Below are positions 1-10,025 of a stretch of DNA of 64,000 nucleotides, piece after piece. Origin of the DNA: Dehalococcoidia bacterium. GTDB taxonomy: Bacteria; Chloroflexota; Dehalococcoidia; SHYB01. The translations under genes and the position numbers were made by a program. The stretch covers positions 1,276,479 to 1,340,478 of the forward strand of contig CBDCOW010000003.1 in assembly GCA_965219875.1 (NCBI GenBank), written 5' to 3'. Each line of letters opens with the position of its first letter. Within the stretch, counting starts at the first letter, position 1. Under the pieces are notes generated by a model. The model did no database searches. It had not been told where the DNA came from and saw only the letters and a program-made list of their open reading frames with translations.

Positions 1-306
1 CTGGCCAGGCTGGTGAACAACTACCGCTCCGACGGCGCCAAGAACGCCTCCGGTCTCGCCGATCCGAAGATCGACGCGGCGATAGACGCTATCATGGCGA
101 CGCCCAGCGTGGCGGAACAGCAGCGCATGGCCAAGGATCTGCAGGACTACCTCCTCCAAAACGTGCTCGTGAGCGCCCGCGTCGCGGACTCCTATGCCTA
201 TACCGCCGCGCAGGCCGACGTGCGCACGGGCGACGCCGGACGTTACCGTACGCAGCCTATCGAGACCTACGTGCGCGACCACGAGGAGATCTGGTTCGAG
301 CGTTAA
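1..306 (+). CDS. ABC transporter substrate-binding protein, C-terminal fragment (5' end outside window)
   Basis: The open frame runs from nt 1 with no start. Its C-terminal composition (…NNYRSDGAKNASGLADPKIDAAID…IWFER) resembles family-5 solute-binding proteins. This is a partial gene. Confidence 0.45.
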   Translation: MARLVNNYRSDGAKNASGLADPKIDAAIDAIMATPSVAEQQRMAKDLQDYLLQNVLVSARVADSYAYTAAQADVRTGDAGRYRTQPIETYVRDHEEIWFER

Positions 307-328
307 CCTTTCCGCAGGAGTCATCACC

Positions 329-1141
329 ATGTCCATCCTTGATACGTTCTCACTCGACGGGCGCGTGGCCGTCGTCTCCGGGCCGGGACAGGGTATCGGC
401 CGGGCTATCGCGCTGGCGATGGCCGAGGCCGGGGCCGACGTCGTCCTCGCCGGGATCAACGTGGAAAACCCGTCGGCCAGCGAGGCCGAGCTCGCGGAGG
501 CGGTGGCACAGATCGAGTCGCGGGGCCGTCGCGCACTCCCCGTCACGGTGGACATGCGCGACGGGGAAGGTGTGCAAGGGCTCGTCGCCAAGGCCGTCGA
601 GGCCTTCGGCAAGATCGACGTGATGGTGAACAACGTCGGCGGCACCGGGCTCGAACCCACGCTCGGGCTCAGCGAAGAGACGTGGAACCTCGGCATCGAG
701 ACGAACCTCACCACGACGTTCATGGGCTGCCGGTACGCCGGGGAGCACATGGCGGAACGCGGGTCGGGCGCCATCGTCAACATTTCGTCGATGGACGGGC
801 GGCGCCCCGCGCTGCATCGCGCCGCCTACGGCGCGGGCAAGGCGGGGGTGATCAGCCTCACCGAGACGGCGGCGGAGGAGCTCGGCCCCTATGGCATCAG
901 GGTCAACGCCATCGCGCCGACTTGGGTGCTCACCGACCGCATGGCGCAGCGCTGGAAGGAGGACCCCAGCAAGGCGGAACTTGCCGTCCCCACGATCCCG
1001 TTGGGCCGCGGCGCCCGGCCCGACGAGGTCGCCGCGCTGGCCGTCTTTCTGGCCTCCGACGCCTCCTCCTACATCACGGGACATACCATCGGCATCACCG
1101 GCGGCGCATTGATCACCGGGACGCCGGAGATGATCGTTTAG
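329..1141 (+). CDS. short-chain dehydrogenase/reductase (SDR)
   Basis: ATG at 329 is preceded by GGAG. A TGxxxGIG Rossmann motif (VVSGPGQGIGRAI) and a YxxxK catalytic region (AAYGAGKAG) are present. The longer upstream ORF start at 194 is unlikely. Confidence 0.85.
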   Translation: MSILDTFSLDGRVAVVSGPGQGIGRAIALAMAEAGADVVLAGINVENPSASEAELAEAVAQIESRGRRALPVTVDMRDGEGVQGLVAKAVEAFGKIDVMVNNVGGTGLEPTLGLSEETWNLGIETNLTTTFMGCRYAGEHMAERGSGAIVNISSMDGRRPALHRAAYGAGKAGVISLTETAAEELGPYGIRVNAIAPTWVLTDRMAQRWKEDPSKAELAVPTIPLGRGARPDEVAALAVFLASDASSYITGHTIGITGGALITGTPEMIV

Positions 1142-1158
1142 CGACTAGGGGGAAGCCG

Positions 1159-1977
1159 ATGGGCGTACTCGACCTTTTCAAACTCGAAGGCAAGACGGCG
1201 ATCATCACCGGCGCGGGCCAAGGCATCGGACGCGGCATCGCGACCGGCTTCGCCGAGGCGGGGGCGAACGTCGTCCTCGCCGGCGTCAACGTCAAGACGC
1301 CGGAACGGAGCGAAGCCGAGCTGCGCGAGCTCGCCGACGAGCTATCGGCGCTCGGCGGGCGGGCGCTGCCCGTGGTGACCGAGATGCGCAACGAGGCCGA
1401 CGTGGCCGGGCTTGTCGAGCGCGCCGCAGGCGAGTTCGGCGGCGTCGACGTCATGGTCAACAACGTGGGCGGGGGCACCATTCCCACGCCGCTCCTGAAG
1501 CTATCGCCGGAGCACTGGCGGGAGAACGTTCGAGAGAATGTGAACACCACGTTCCTGGGATGCCGCATCGCCGGAGCGCACATGGCAGAGCGGGGGTCGG
1601 GAACCATTGTCAACCTGGCCGCAATCGCGGGGATCGGCCCCTCCCCCTACTACGCCCACTACGCCGCGGCCAAGGCCGGCGTGATCAGCATCACCAGGAC
1701 CTTCGCGGCCGAACTCGCGCCCGCGGTGCGCGTCAACGCCATCATTCCCTTTCTGATTCGCACCTCCACCGTCAACGCGGCGATGCAGGCGGACCCGGCA
1801 CTGGAAGCCGAGGCCCTAAGCATGACACCGTTGGGGCGTCTGGGGACGCCGCGGGAGGTGGCGTCGCTGGCGCTCTTCCTCGCGAGCGACGCGTCGTCGT
1901 ACGTCACCGGGCAGGCGGTGCGGCTCACCGGCGGCGCGCAGCCGGGCAGCAACCTGTCGGTGACCGATCCGAAGTAA
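1159..1977 (+). CDS. short-chain dehydrogenase/reductase (SDR), paralog of upstream gene
   Basis: ATG at 1159 is preceded by GGGGGAAG. It carries TGAGQGIGRGIA and YAAAKAG motifs and is tandem with the 329-1141 SDR. Confidence 0.85.
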   Translation: MGVLDLFKLEGKTAIITGAGQGIGRGIATGFAEAGANVVLAGVNVKTPERSEAELRELADELSALGGRALPVVTEMRNEADVAGLVERAAGEFGGVDVMVNNVGGGTIPTPLLKLSPEHWRENVRENVNTTFLGCRIAGAHMAERGSGTIVNLAAIAGIGPSPYYAHYAAAKAGVISITRTFAAELAPAVRVNAIIPFLIRTSTVNAAMQADPALEAEALSMTPLGRLGTPREVASLALFLASDASSYVTGQAVRLTGGAQPGSNLSVTDPK

Positions 1978-2001
1978 TCCACTTAACGAGAGATCGACGG
2001 C

Positions 2002-2805
2002 ATGACCAACGGCATTCGCTACGGCTACGCCGACACCCCGGAGGGGCAGGTCCACTACCGGGAGGCGGGCTCGGGGCCCGCGGTGGTGCTGCTCCACGAG
2101 ACGCCCCTGTCGGGCGCGACCTACGAGTGGGCGTTGCCGCTGCTGGCGCCGCACGTCCGGGCCATCGCCCCCGACATCCCCGGCTACGGCTCGTCGCCGC
2201 CGCCGGACGCGCCGCTTTCGATCCCGGAGTACGCGCGCCGCGTCGGCCTGATCCTCGACGCGCTGGGCATCGAACGAGCCGCCATCGCCGGAGGGCATAC
2301 CGGAGCGGCGGTGGCACTGCAGATCGCCACCGACCTGCCCGGACGGGTGCCCAGCGTGATCGCCATGGGCACGCCTCTGTTCACCAAGGAGCAGGGGGAG
2401 GAGATGATCGAGCGGACCGACCTCGGCTACCACGCATCAAAGGACGGAACGCACCTCGAGGCCGCGTGGACCTACATCGCCCGGTTCCTCGGCGATTCCT
2501 CCGACGAATACTACGACGTCGTTACCCGCGCCTTCATGCAGGCCGGCGATCGCTTCGACTGGGCGTTCAAGGCCATCTTCACCTTCGACCTCTACGCCTT
2601 GCTGCCCAAGGTGCCCTGCCCTACCCTGTACCTGATCACCGAGGGGGACTTCCTCCGGGACAAGAACGAAGAGGCGGTGAAGTTGACGCCCAAAGGCGAG
2701 GGCCGGGTGCTCGACCTTCCCCGCGGCGAGCTCTACGCGCGGCACCCGGAGACCTTCCGGGACGAAGCGCTGGCATACTGGCGAAGGACCGGCTACCTCT
2801 CCTAG
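2002..2805 (+). CDS. alpha/beta-fold hydrolase
   Basis: 267 aa with an HG oxyanion region (VVLLHETPLSG) and a nucleophile-elbow-like GGHTGAA motif, typical of alpha/beta hydrolase-fold enzymes. Confidence 0.7.
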   Translation: MTNGIRYGYADTPEGQVHYREAGSGPAVVLLHETPLSGATYEWALPLLAPHVRAIAPDIPGYGSSPPPDAPLSIPEYARRVGLILDALGIERAAIAGGHTGAAVALQIATDLPGRVPSVIAMGTPLFTKEQGEEMIERTDLGYHASKDGTHLEAAWTYIARFLGDSSDEYYDVVTRAFMQAGDRFDWAFKAIFTFDLYALLPKVPCPTLYLITEGDFLRDKNEEAVKLTPKGEGRVLDLPRGELYARHPETFRDEALAYWRRTGYLS

Positions 2806-2832
2806 CACCACCGCGACGGTACGCAAACGGCT

Positions 2833-4023
2833 ATGTCTCCTGAACACGAAGAACGCGTCATCACCGACGAACTGCTCGAACGGGCGCGGGGTCACGTCGG
2901 GGCGACGCTTAAGACGCATGCGCCCTTTCACGAGCACGTCACCGCCGACGCGGCGCGGCACTTCGCCCACGGCGGCGGCGACGACAACCCCCTCTACTGC
3001 GACCCCGCCTACGCGGCGGGAGCGCGCTGGGGAGCCGTCATCGCGCCGCCGATGTTCTTCAGGAGCACCGGTGTTCCCTTAAAGACGGAGTGGACGGAGG
3101 AGCGCGCCCTGTCGCGCGACCCTTTGAGCGGCATCCATTCCTGGTACGCCGGCGACGTAGTCCGCTGGCTCCAGCCGATGAAGGCCGGCGACCAGATCTT
3201 CGAGCGCCGCTTCCTCAAGGACCTCATCGAGAAGTCGAGCTCCTTCGCGGGCCGCACCATCCTCGAAATCTCGCGCCGGGAATACCGGAACCAGCGCGGC
3301 GAGATCGTGGTGGTGTCCGACCAGATCAACATTCGTGGCGGGCGACAGAAGAAGTGGGGCGAGCGCAAGAAGTACGCCGCCTACGAGCGTCAAAGCTACA
3401 CGCCGGAGGAGATCGAGCGCATCGACGAGGCGTACGCGCGCGAATCGCGCCGCGGCGCTGAGCCGCGGTACTGGGAGGACGTCGAGACCGGCGATGAGCT
3501 GCCGGGGCAGGTGAAGGGCCCGATCACCGTGACCGACATCATGAACTGGAACATGGGCTGGGGGCTCGCCATGCAGTTCCACGGCGCGCACCGGCTCGCC
3601 TATCAGTGGCGGAAGGCGCACCCCAGAGCCTACATGACCAACGAGTACGGCGTCCCCGACAGCATCGAGGCCGTGCACTGGGACGACGAACTCGCCCGCC
3701 GCACGGGCAACCCCCACGCCTACGACTACGGCGGCCAGCGGATCGCGTGGCTGGCGCAGATCATCACCGACTGGATGGGCGACGACGGCTGGCTGCTCTC
3801 GCTCGACTGCCAGGTGCGGCGCTTCGTCTACATCGGCGACACCGTGTGGACGAAGGCCACGGTCACCGGCAAGTCGACAAACGACGGTCAGCGCGAGGTC
3901 GAGATCGAGGTGCGGGCCGAAGACCAGCGCGGCGAAGTCACGGCAACGGGGCGCGCCGTCGCGCTGCTGCCGTCGCGGGGCGGTGGAGACGTCGGGCTGC
4001 CGCCCAAGATCGACCTCGGTTAG
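2833..4023 (+). CDS. MaoC-like double-hotdog (R)-specific enoyl-CoA hydratase/dehydratase
   Basis: 396 aa. The N-terminal hotdog domain (…DDNPLYCDPAYAAG…IAPPMFF) plus a C-terminal MaoC domain form a double-hotdog. It is paralogous to 58555-59787. Confidence 0.75.
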   Translation: MSPEHEERVITDELLERARGHVGATLKTHAPFHEHVTADAARHFAHGGGDDNPLYCDPAYAAGARWGAVIAPPMFFRSTGVPLKTEWTEERALSRDPLSGIHSWYAGDVVRWLQPMKAGDQIFERRFLKDLIEKSSSFAGRTILEISRREYRNQRGEIVVVSDQINIRGGRQKKWGERKKYAAYERQSYTPEEIERIDEAYARESRRGAEPRYWEDVETGDELPGQVKGPITVTDIMNWNMGWGLAMQFHGAHRLAYQWRKAHPRAYMTNEYGVPDSIEAVHWDDELARRTGNPHAYDYGGQRIAWLAQIITDWMGDDGWLLSLDCQVRRFVYIGDTVWTKATVTGKSTNDGQREVEIEVRAEDQRGEVTATGRAVALLPSRGGGDVGLPPKIDLG

Positions 4024-5250
4024 CTAGACGATGACCCCGCGCGCTTCGAGATCGCGCAGCTCCCTCGACCCGATTCCGAGCAGCTCGCCGTAGACGTATT
4101 CGTCGTCCTCGCCGGTCTTGGGGGGGCGGCGGTCGATGCGGCCCGGCGTCCGGCTGAACTTCCACGGCGCGCCCATCAGGAGCAGCGGATTGCCCGCCAC
4201 GTCTTCGGTGATTTCGAAGACGCCCCGCGCCTGCAGGTGCGGGTCGGCGAGGAGGTCGGCCGCCGAATAGGACGCGGTGGCGGGGACGCCCGCCGCCTGC
4301 AAGTCGTTCATCACCTCGATCTTGTCGCGCGGCGCTGTCCACGCCGCTATCTCAGCGTCGAGCTCGTGCTGGTGAGCATGGCGCGCCGGCTCCGTAGCGA
4401 AACGAGGATCCGTGGGCCAGTCCGGGCGGTCGAGGGCGGCGCAGAGGGCGCGCCATTCCTCCTCCGTCCCCACCGCGATCGAGAGCCATTGGTCGTCGCC
4501 CTTACAAGGGTAGACGCCGTGAGGCGCCATGTGGGGGTCGCGGTTGCCCATGCGCGGCTGATCGCGTTTGTTGACCACGGCGTCGAGGACGGCTTCGCCG
4601 ATGAAGCTCGTCATCACCTCGCGGCTGGCGGCGTCGATGTGACAGCCTTGCCCCGACTGACGGGCGTTCCACACCGCGGTAAGTAGCGCAAACGACGACG
4701 CCGTCCCCGATATCAGGTCTACGGGCAGCCGCAGTTCGACGGGAGGGCCATCCTCGTAGCCGGTGAGGTAGCCGGGGCCTCCAAGGGCGGAGAAGGCCTG
4801 CGCCAGCCCCTTGCCATGGCGCTCGGGCCCCGTCGCGCCGTGCGCCGACGCTGACAGCAGCACCAGTGCCGGGCTCAACGCGCGGAGATCGTCGTAGCCG
4901 AATCCGAGCCGCTCGAAGACGCCGGCCTGGAAGTTCTCGGCGACGGCGTCGGAGACCGCGATGATTCGCTTGGCGAGCGCCACGCCATCGGGGTGCTTTA
5001 GGTTCAGACGGACGCCCTTCTTGTTCACGTAGAGCTCGTCCAGCGAGAACCAGCGCGTCCCCTTCTCCGCCCGCTCCGAGTCGCCCGAAGGCCGCACCCC
5101 CCGGAAGATCGTGGGATGCGCCGCCGTCTCGGGCTTGATGACCTCCGCGCCCATGAGCGAGCAGAGGAAGGTGCAGTAGGGGCCGACGCCGGCCCAGGTG
5201 AAGTCGACAATACGGACGCCGCTAAGCGGCTGGGGGTCGAAGCCGCTCAC
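4024..5250 (-). CDS. family III CoA-transferase (CaiB/BaiF family)
   Basis: Begins MSGFDPQPLSGVRIVDFTWAGVGPYCTFLCSLMGAEVIKPE, the classic N-terminus of CaiB/BaiF CoA-transferases. 408 aa. Confidence 0.85.
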   Translation of the reverse strand: MSGFDPQPLSGVRIVDFTWAGVGPYCTFLCSLMGAEVIKPETAAHPTIFRGVRPSGDSERAEKGTRWFSLDELYVNKKGVRLNLKHPDGVALAKRIIAVSDAVAENFQAGVFERLGFGYDDLRALSPALVLLSASAHGATGPERHGKGLAQAFSALGGPGYLTGYEDGPPVELRLPVDLISGTASSFALLTAVWNARQSGQGCHIDAASREVMTSFIGEAVLDAVVNKRDQPRMGNRDPHMAPHGVYPCKGDDQWLSIAVGTEEEWRALCAALDRPDWPTDPRFATEPARHAHQHELDAEIAAWTAPRDKIEVMNDLQAAGVPATASYSAADLLADPHLQARGVFEITEDVAGNPLLLMGAPWKFSRTPGRIDRRPPKTGEDDEYVYGELLGIGSRELRDLEARGVIV

Positions 5251-5252
5251 GT

Positions 5253-6476
5253 CTAGACCGCCCCACCGGCGCGCAGCCCCGCGATCTCGCCGCCGCTGTA
5301 CCCCGCGACCTCGGCCAGCACCTCGTCGGTGTGCTCGCCGAGCCTTGGAGCGGACCGTTCGACGGCGTAGGGATGGCCTGGTAGCTGGAAGGGGAGCCCG
5401 GGAATCTTGGTCATGCCCTCGACGGGGGAGGGATGCGGGGGCTCGACGAAGAAGCCGCGCGCCTGCTCATGCTCGGACTCGGGGAGCTCCGAGGGGGCGT
5501 AGAAGATGCCGCAGGGGAAGCCATGCTCCAGCCCCAGGTCGTAGATCTCCCGCTTGGTGCGGTCCTTGGCCCAGGCGAAGAGGTACTCGTTGACCTCAGC
5601 GCCATGCTCAGAGCGCCCCTCTTGGGTGGCAAACTTGGGGTCCCGCGCCCATTCGGGGTCGCCGAGCATCCGCGTGAACGCGTGCCAATGGTTTTCGGCG
5701 ATGTGAAAGAGGACCTCGGCGTGGCCATCCTTGCAGGGGACGCAGCCGCCGTAGGGAATGTCGCGGGTGGCCCGCGTCTCGACGAAGCCGCTCTGGGCCC
5801 ACATGCCGATCGCGATGCGCGCGAGGGTGGCGTGGGCCTCCTGCTTCGACATGTCGATGTGCTGGCCCCGGCCCGACGCGGCACGGCCGAAGACGCCGAT
5901 GATCGCCGCGGAGGCCGCGGTCACGCCGCAGTAGTACTCGCCGACGTAGGCGCCGGTCTTCACCGGCTCGCGGTCGGGGAACATGCGCTGCGCCAGCCCC
6001 GGCGGCATGAGCCAGCCCTCGCCGCCGGCGTGGATCGTGTTCAGGTTGTACGCCTTCCAACCGCTGTGCGGTCCCGTCTGCCCGAACGGGGTGATCGAGA
6101 GCATGATGAGGCCGGGGTTGATCCGCTCCAGGTCGTCGTAGCCCAGCCCCATCGCCTCCAGCGACCCCGGCGGCGTGTCCTCGATGAGCAGGTCGCTCGC
6201 CTTCACAAGGCGGCGGAAGACCTCGCGCCCGGCGTCACCCTCCAGGCTCAGCGTCATGCCTCGCTTGTTCACGTTCACGTAGTGGTGGACGAGGCTCCGC
6301 TCGGCATCGGGACGGTCGCCGGGGAAGGGCCCCCGGCGGCGGGCGATATCGCCCTCGGGCGGCTCGATCTTGATCACGTCGGCGCCGACGTCGGCGAGCA
6401 GCTTGCCGCAGAACGGCCCCGCCACCAGCGAGGTGTAGTCGAGGACTCGGAGTCCGTTCAGGAAGGGAATGCTCAT
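5253..6476 (-). CDS. family III CoA-transferase (CaiB/BaiF family)
   Basis: Begins MSIPFLNGLRVLDYTSLVAGPFCGKLLADVGADVIKIEPPEGD. 407 aa. It lies 3 nt upstream of its paralog at 4024-5250. Confidence 0.85.
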   Translation of the reverse strand: MSIPFLNGLRVLDYTSLVAGPFCGKLLADVGADVIKIEPPEGDIARRRGPFPGDRPDAERSLVHHYVNVNKRGMTLSLEGDAGREVFRRLVKASDLLIEDTPPGSLEAMGLGYDDLERINPGLIMLSITPFGQTGPHSGWKAYNLNTIHAGGEGWLMPPGLAQRMFPDREPVKTGAYVGEYYCGVTAASAAIIGVFGRAASGRGQHIDMSKQEAHATLARIAIGMWAQSGFVETRATRDIPYGGCVPCKDGHAEVLFHIAENHWHAFTRMLGDPEWARDPKFATQEGRSEHGAEVNEYLFAWAKDRTKREIYDLGLEHGFPCGIFYAPSELPESEHEQARGFFVEPPHPSPVEGMTKIPGLPFQLPGHPYAVERSAPRLGEHTDEVLAEVAGYSGGEIAGLRAGGAV

Positions 6477-7038
6477 CGTTGGGGTTCGGAAGCGCCGCGG
6501 AGCGATGATAGCACGCGGCCTCTTACCCCGCGGGTGGGTTATCCCGCCGCCTGACCGAAGGTCCGGCGCTGTCGTCTGAAGGAAGGGGGCGCGGAGGGCG
6601 CACCGGAGTCAAGGGGGTAACCATCTTAAGAGTCACGGGGCTGGGCAGCTACGGATGGGGAGCATGGCCGCGCCACGAGGCGCCCATGCGGGCTCGACTA
6701 AAGGTTACCGCGCCGAGCTAACTTCCCATACGTCACGTTGCAGCTCCGGCATGTCCGGCGATCTCATCTCGCGTTCGTTTGGGGCGCCCGCTTCAAGGCC
6801 GGGCCTCGGCCTCGCTTGAAGCTCCTCGCGCTTGGGAGGAGCGCAGGAGCTCCCGGAGGGAGGGCGCCCCTCCGCGCCACGTGGCGCCGCTCTTCCCTCT
6901 GAGCCCGCGCCGGTGGCTGAGTACGCCTAAGACATGCAAGGACATGGTAGGGCGCGGGGGCGGGGATGGGGAAGGGGCGGATGTCGCGGGGGGCTTTGGT
7001 TGGTCGAGGGTGGCGGCGTCGGTTAGGCTAGTCAAGGA

Positions 7039-7392
7039 TCACTCCCTGATGCGCACCCTCGAGTCTTCGACAATCCAAAGTTGCCCTTTCGGGGATGACC
7101 TCGCCAGCGTCTCGATCAGCTGAGCGCCGACATCCAAGAGAGCGTTCCGTGTTTGGCTAGCAAGCCGGAACACGACAATGCCGGGATAGTCCCCCGGTGG
7201 GTACGCTCTGATATCGGCAAAGTCCAAGTCTTGCGTTACCAGCGCACGTTCCTCTGCAATGCATACCCGTGCAACCTCTGCATCCGTTGCGCCGCCGAGG
7301 CCCTCATCGAGGACTGTTGCAGTATCGTGTGCCGATTCCGTGAACAAACCCTTTAACTGGAGCGGCAGGTTCTCGTCAAGCTTGACCCGCAT
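7039..7392 (-). CDS. DUF5615 family protein (PIN/Mut7-C-like putative toxin)
   Basis: 117 aa beginning MRVKLDENLP…, typical of DUF5615. It sits immediately downstream of a DUF433 gene in a lower-GC stretch. Confidence 0.6.
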   Translation of the reverse strand: MRVKLDENLPLQLKGLFTESAHDTATVLDEGLGGATDAEVARVCIAEERALVTQDLDFADIRAYPPGDYPGIVVFRLASQTRNALLDVGAQLIETLARSSPKGQLWIVEDSRVRIRE

Positions 7393-7400
7393 CGGTGTTC

Positions 7401-7640
<240 letters not shown>

Positions 7641-7751
7641 TCACCCTTCCCCATTTAGATAGGGACTTCCTTCAGATCGCCGGGCTGTATCCCGCTAATG
7701 GCTGTGCGGATGTCTTCTATTCGCAGCTGGACATAGGGCCAAGCAGAATCT

Positions 7752-7979
7752 TCACGGTTGCGCGGGGGCTCTGAGCGCCTTCGCCGCATGTTCGAGAACG
7801 GCTCTAACCTTCCATTCCTCCACTCCCTGGAACCAGTCCAGGAACTGTTCTATCGTGGCGCCGCTCTCAAGGTTCTCGAACAGGGCGGATACCGGCACCC
7901 TGGTCCCGGTGAACACCCAGGCTCCGCTGAGCCTGCCTGGTACGCTTTCTACTGCCGGGCAGGTCTCCCAATTCGTCAT
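7752..7979 (-). CDS. DUF433 family protein (second, orphan copy)
   Basis: 75 aa with the GTR motif (FTGTRVPV). It is paralogous to 7401-7634. Confidence 0.55.
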   Translation of the reverse strand: MTNWETCPAVESVPGRLSGAWVFTGTRVPVSALFENLESGATIEQFLDWFQGVEEWKVRAVLEHAAKALRAPAQP

Positions 7980-8189
7980 GCCGACACCTCGCTCTTGCCT
8001 TCCTAAGTTTGCGGTTTAGCCACCACATCCATGGAGGCTTCCACCATCTTCTGGGGGAACGCCTACTCGATACTCCATACGCCGCACCAAGAGTTTGTGA
8101 ACGCCGTCCGGCGTACGGCAGCCTGATTATATCCCCTGCTCCCCTTCGTCGCCCCAGCGGCCCGCGGCCTCGCGGGTACGGGCGCGGGT

Positions 8190-8218
8190 TTGACCTGGCG
8201 CGGGGGCATTGCTAGGCT
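8190..8218 (+). promoter_or_regulatory. sigma70-like promoter candidate (TTGACC-17bp-TAGGCT) upstream of M24 peptidase gene
   Basis: TTGACC at 8190-8195 and TAGGCT at 8213-8218 are separated by a 17-bp spacer. The element lies about 60 nt upstream of the ATG at 8281. Confidence 0.35.
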
Positions 8219-8280
8219 GGCGCGGACGAGCGGACGGCGAAGTCTGCCGCCAGCCCACTAGACCGCAAAGGACGCCCACC

Positions 8281-9495
8281 ATGCCATTGATGAACGAGCC
8301 CCGCGCCAAGCAGAAGATCGAGGAGCACGGGCTGGACGCGCTCGTCGCGACCACGAAGCCGAACTTTCACTACATCGCGGGGTGGGACTCCGATTCCTGG
8401 CTCTGGGGGCTGGGGAATATGGCCATCTACCCCGCCGACGAGGACCAGAAGCCGGTCCTGCTGATCCCCAACAACGAGCTTGGCCTCCACGGCCTCGACC
8501 CCGATTGGAAGCCCGAGCTGCGGACCTTCGGCAAGGAACTCTCCTTCGAGCTTCCCCCTGGCTACGAGCCGCACCCGGGCGAGCAGCGCTTCATCGACAA
8601 CTACGCGGAGGGCAGCCAGCACAACTGGATGGACCGCCTCGAAGCCCTCGGCGAGACGCTCGTGGAGAAGGGCTACCGGAACGCGAAGATCGGCGTCGAC
8701 GACCCGCGCATCGCCGAGTATCTGAAGGAGCAGGGGTACGCGCAGGGTGAGATCGTGGACTCGCAGCCCATCTTCCGGGACATCCGGGTGGTCAAGACGC
8801 CGCAAGAGATCGAGATCATGCGGAAGGCGAACGAGATCAACCTCGCCGGCATGCTCGAAGTGAACCGGGCCGTCAAAGAAGGCGCGGCCTGGAACGACGC
8901 GCTCATCGCCCACGACATCTACCTCGCCAAGCACGACATCATGCGCACCGTGGGGGTGCGGATCAGCCGCGTGGGCAAGCTGGGCCTCTGCATGCTCCAC
9001 CCCAAGGACTTCGAGGGCTACATGCCCAAGTCCGGCGACTTGGTGCGCTTCGACTTCGAGGGCATCTACGAGGGCTACTGGACGGACCTCGGCCGGAGCT
9101 TCGTCATCGGCGAGCCGAACGACTACCAGCTTCGCATCTACAACGCCATACTTGAAGCGCGCAACGAGGCGTTCCGCAACGCCAAGCCCGGCGTCTCGGC
9201 CAACGAGCTCTGCTCGACGGCCCTGCAGAACATCGAGAAGTTCCGCGTGAAAACGGAGACCTCCGGCATGGGCAGGCAGATGGCTTGGTCACACGTCATC
9301 GGCCTTGAGCTCTACGAGAAGTGGTGCTGGTATCCGCGGGGCGACTTCACCCTCGAAGAGGGAATGGTCTTCAACTACGAGACGCCCTACGCGCAGATCG
9401 GCTTCGGCGGGATGCAGCTCGAAGACACGTTCCTAGTCACCAAGGACGGGGCGGTCGACCTCTCGCCGATGAATCGGGAGCTGGTGTCGATCTAG
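8281..9495 (+). CDS. M24 family metallopeptidase (Xaa-Pro aminopeptidase/creatinase-like)
   Basis: ATG at 8281 with an AAGGA RBS. An N-terminal creatinase/prolidase-type domain is followed by an M24 pita-bread domain. The start at 8209 given in the ORF track is probably too far upstream. Confidence 0.75.
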   Translation: MPLMNEPRAKQKIEEHGLDALVATTKPNFHYIAGWDSDSWLWGLGNMAIYPADEDQKPVLLIPNNELGLHGLDPDWKPELRTFGKELSFELPPGYEPHPGEQRFIDNYAEGSQHNWMDRLEALGETLVEKGYRNAKIGVDDPRIAEYLKEQGYAQGEIVDSQPIFRDIRVVKTPQEIEIMRKANEINLAGMLEVNRAVKEGAAWNDALIAHDIYLAKHDIMRTVGVRISRVGKLGLCMLHPKDFEGYMPKSGDLVRFDFEGIYEGYWTDLGRSFVIGEPNDYQLRIYNAILEARNEAFRNAKPGVSANELCSTALQNIEKFRVKTETSGMGRQMAWSHVIGLELYEKWCWYPRGDFTLEEGMVFNYETPYAQIGFGGMQLEDTFLVTKDGAVDLSPMNRELVSI

Positions 9496-9556
9496 GGCCT
9501 GTTCACGCGGGGAGGGAGCAGCGCCCTTGGGGCGCTCGCGCGCCTTGCGGCGCGCG

Positions 9557-9624
9557 CCCTCTCTCAGTCTCCCCCAGAGGGGGAGAGGCCGGAGGAGGGC
9601 GATTCGCGAATCGCCCCTACGGGC
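9557..9624. repeat. REP-like palindromic repeat cluster (CCCTCTCTCAGTCTCCCCCAGAGGGGGAGAGG + GGGCGATTCGCGAATCGCCCCTACGGG)
   Basis: Perfect inverted repeats. The same units recur at about 26575, 41925, 47705-47815, 48795 and 51000-51140. Confidence 0.7.
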
Positions 9625-10025
9625 GGGGTCACGATGGCCGTCGATTGGTCGCGAGTCGGCCCCTGTGCGACACGCCCCCTTGACGGCCCGCGCCACCGCT
9701 GGTAGAGTAGCAATATCGAACGTATGTTCGGTGTTGCCTAGCCCCGTGTCGGTGGCCATCGGCCGCTAGCCCGCCCTTAGAGGGGGCGGAGACACTGCCT
9801 CTAACAGTGGAGGGGGCGGGCGGAAAAGAGCGGCCGCATCGGCCACCGGGACGGCCTGCTCGGAGCGCGCCCGAGCAGCCCTCCTATCCCGGGGGAGACC
9901 GTGATGCAACCGCTGCTTGAGCCTCCGGAAGGGGCTGTGCAAGGATCCCCGTGGGGAGGAGAGACCGAAGGCGGACGGGCGTCCACAAGGGGTGCCTCTA
10001 CGGGAGCGGAGAGGCTTCCCGCGGG

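Noticed and set aside
6779-7123. Small ORFs in the 6476-7039 intergenic region (for example 6779-7123 + and 6793-7035 -)
   Set aside because: They overlap each other on opposite strands and have no RBS or homology. The region is more likely promoter/terminator space between convergent operons.
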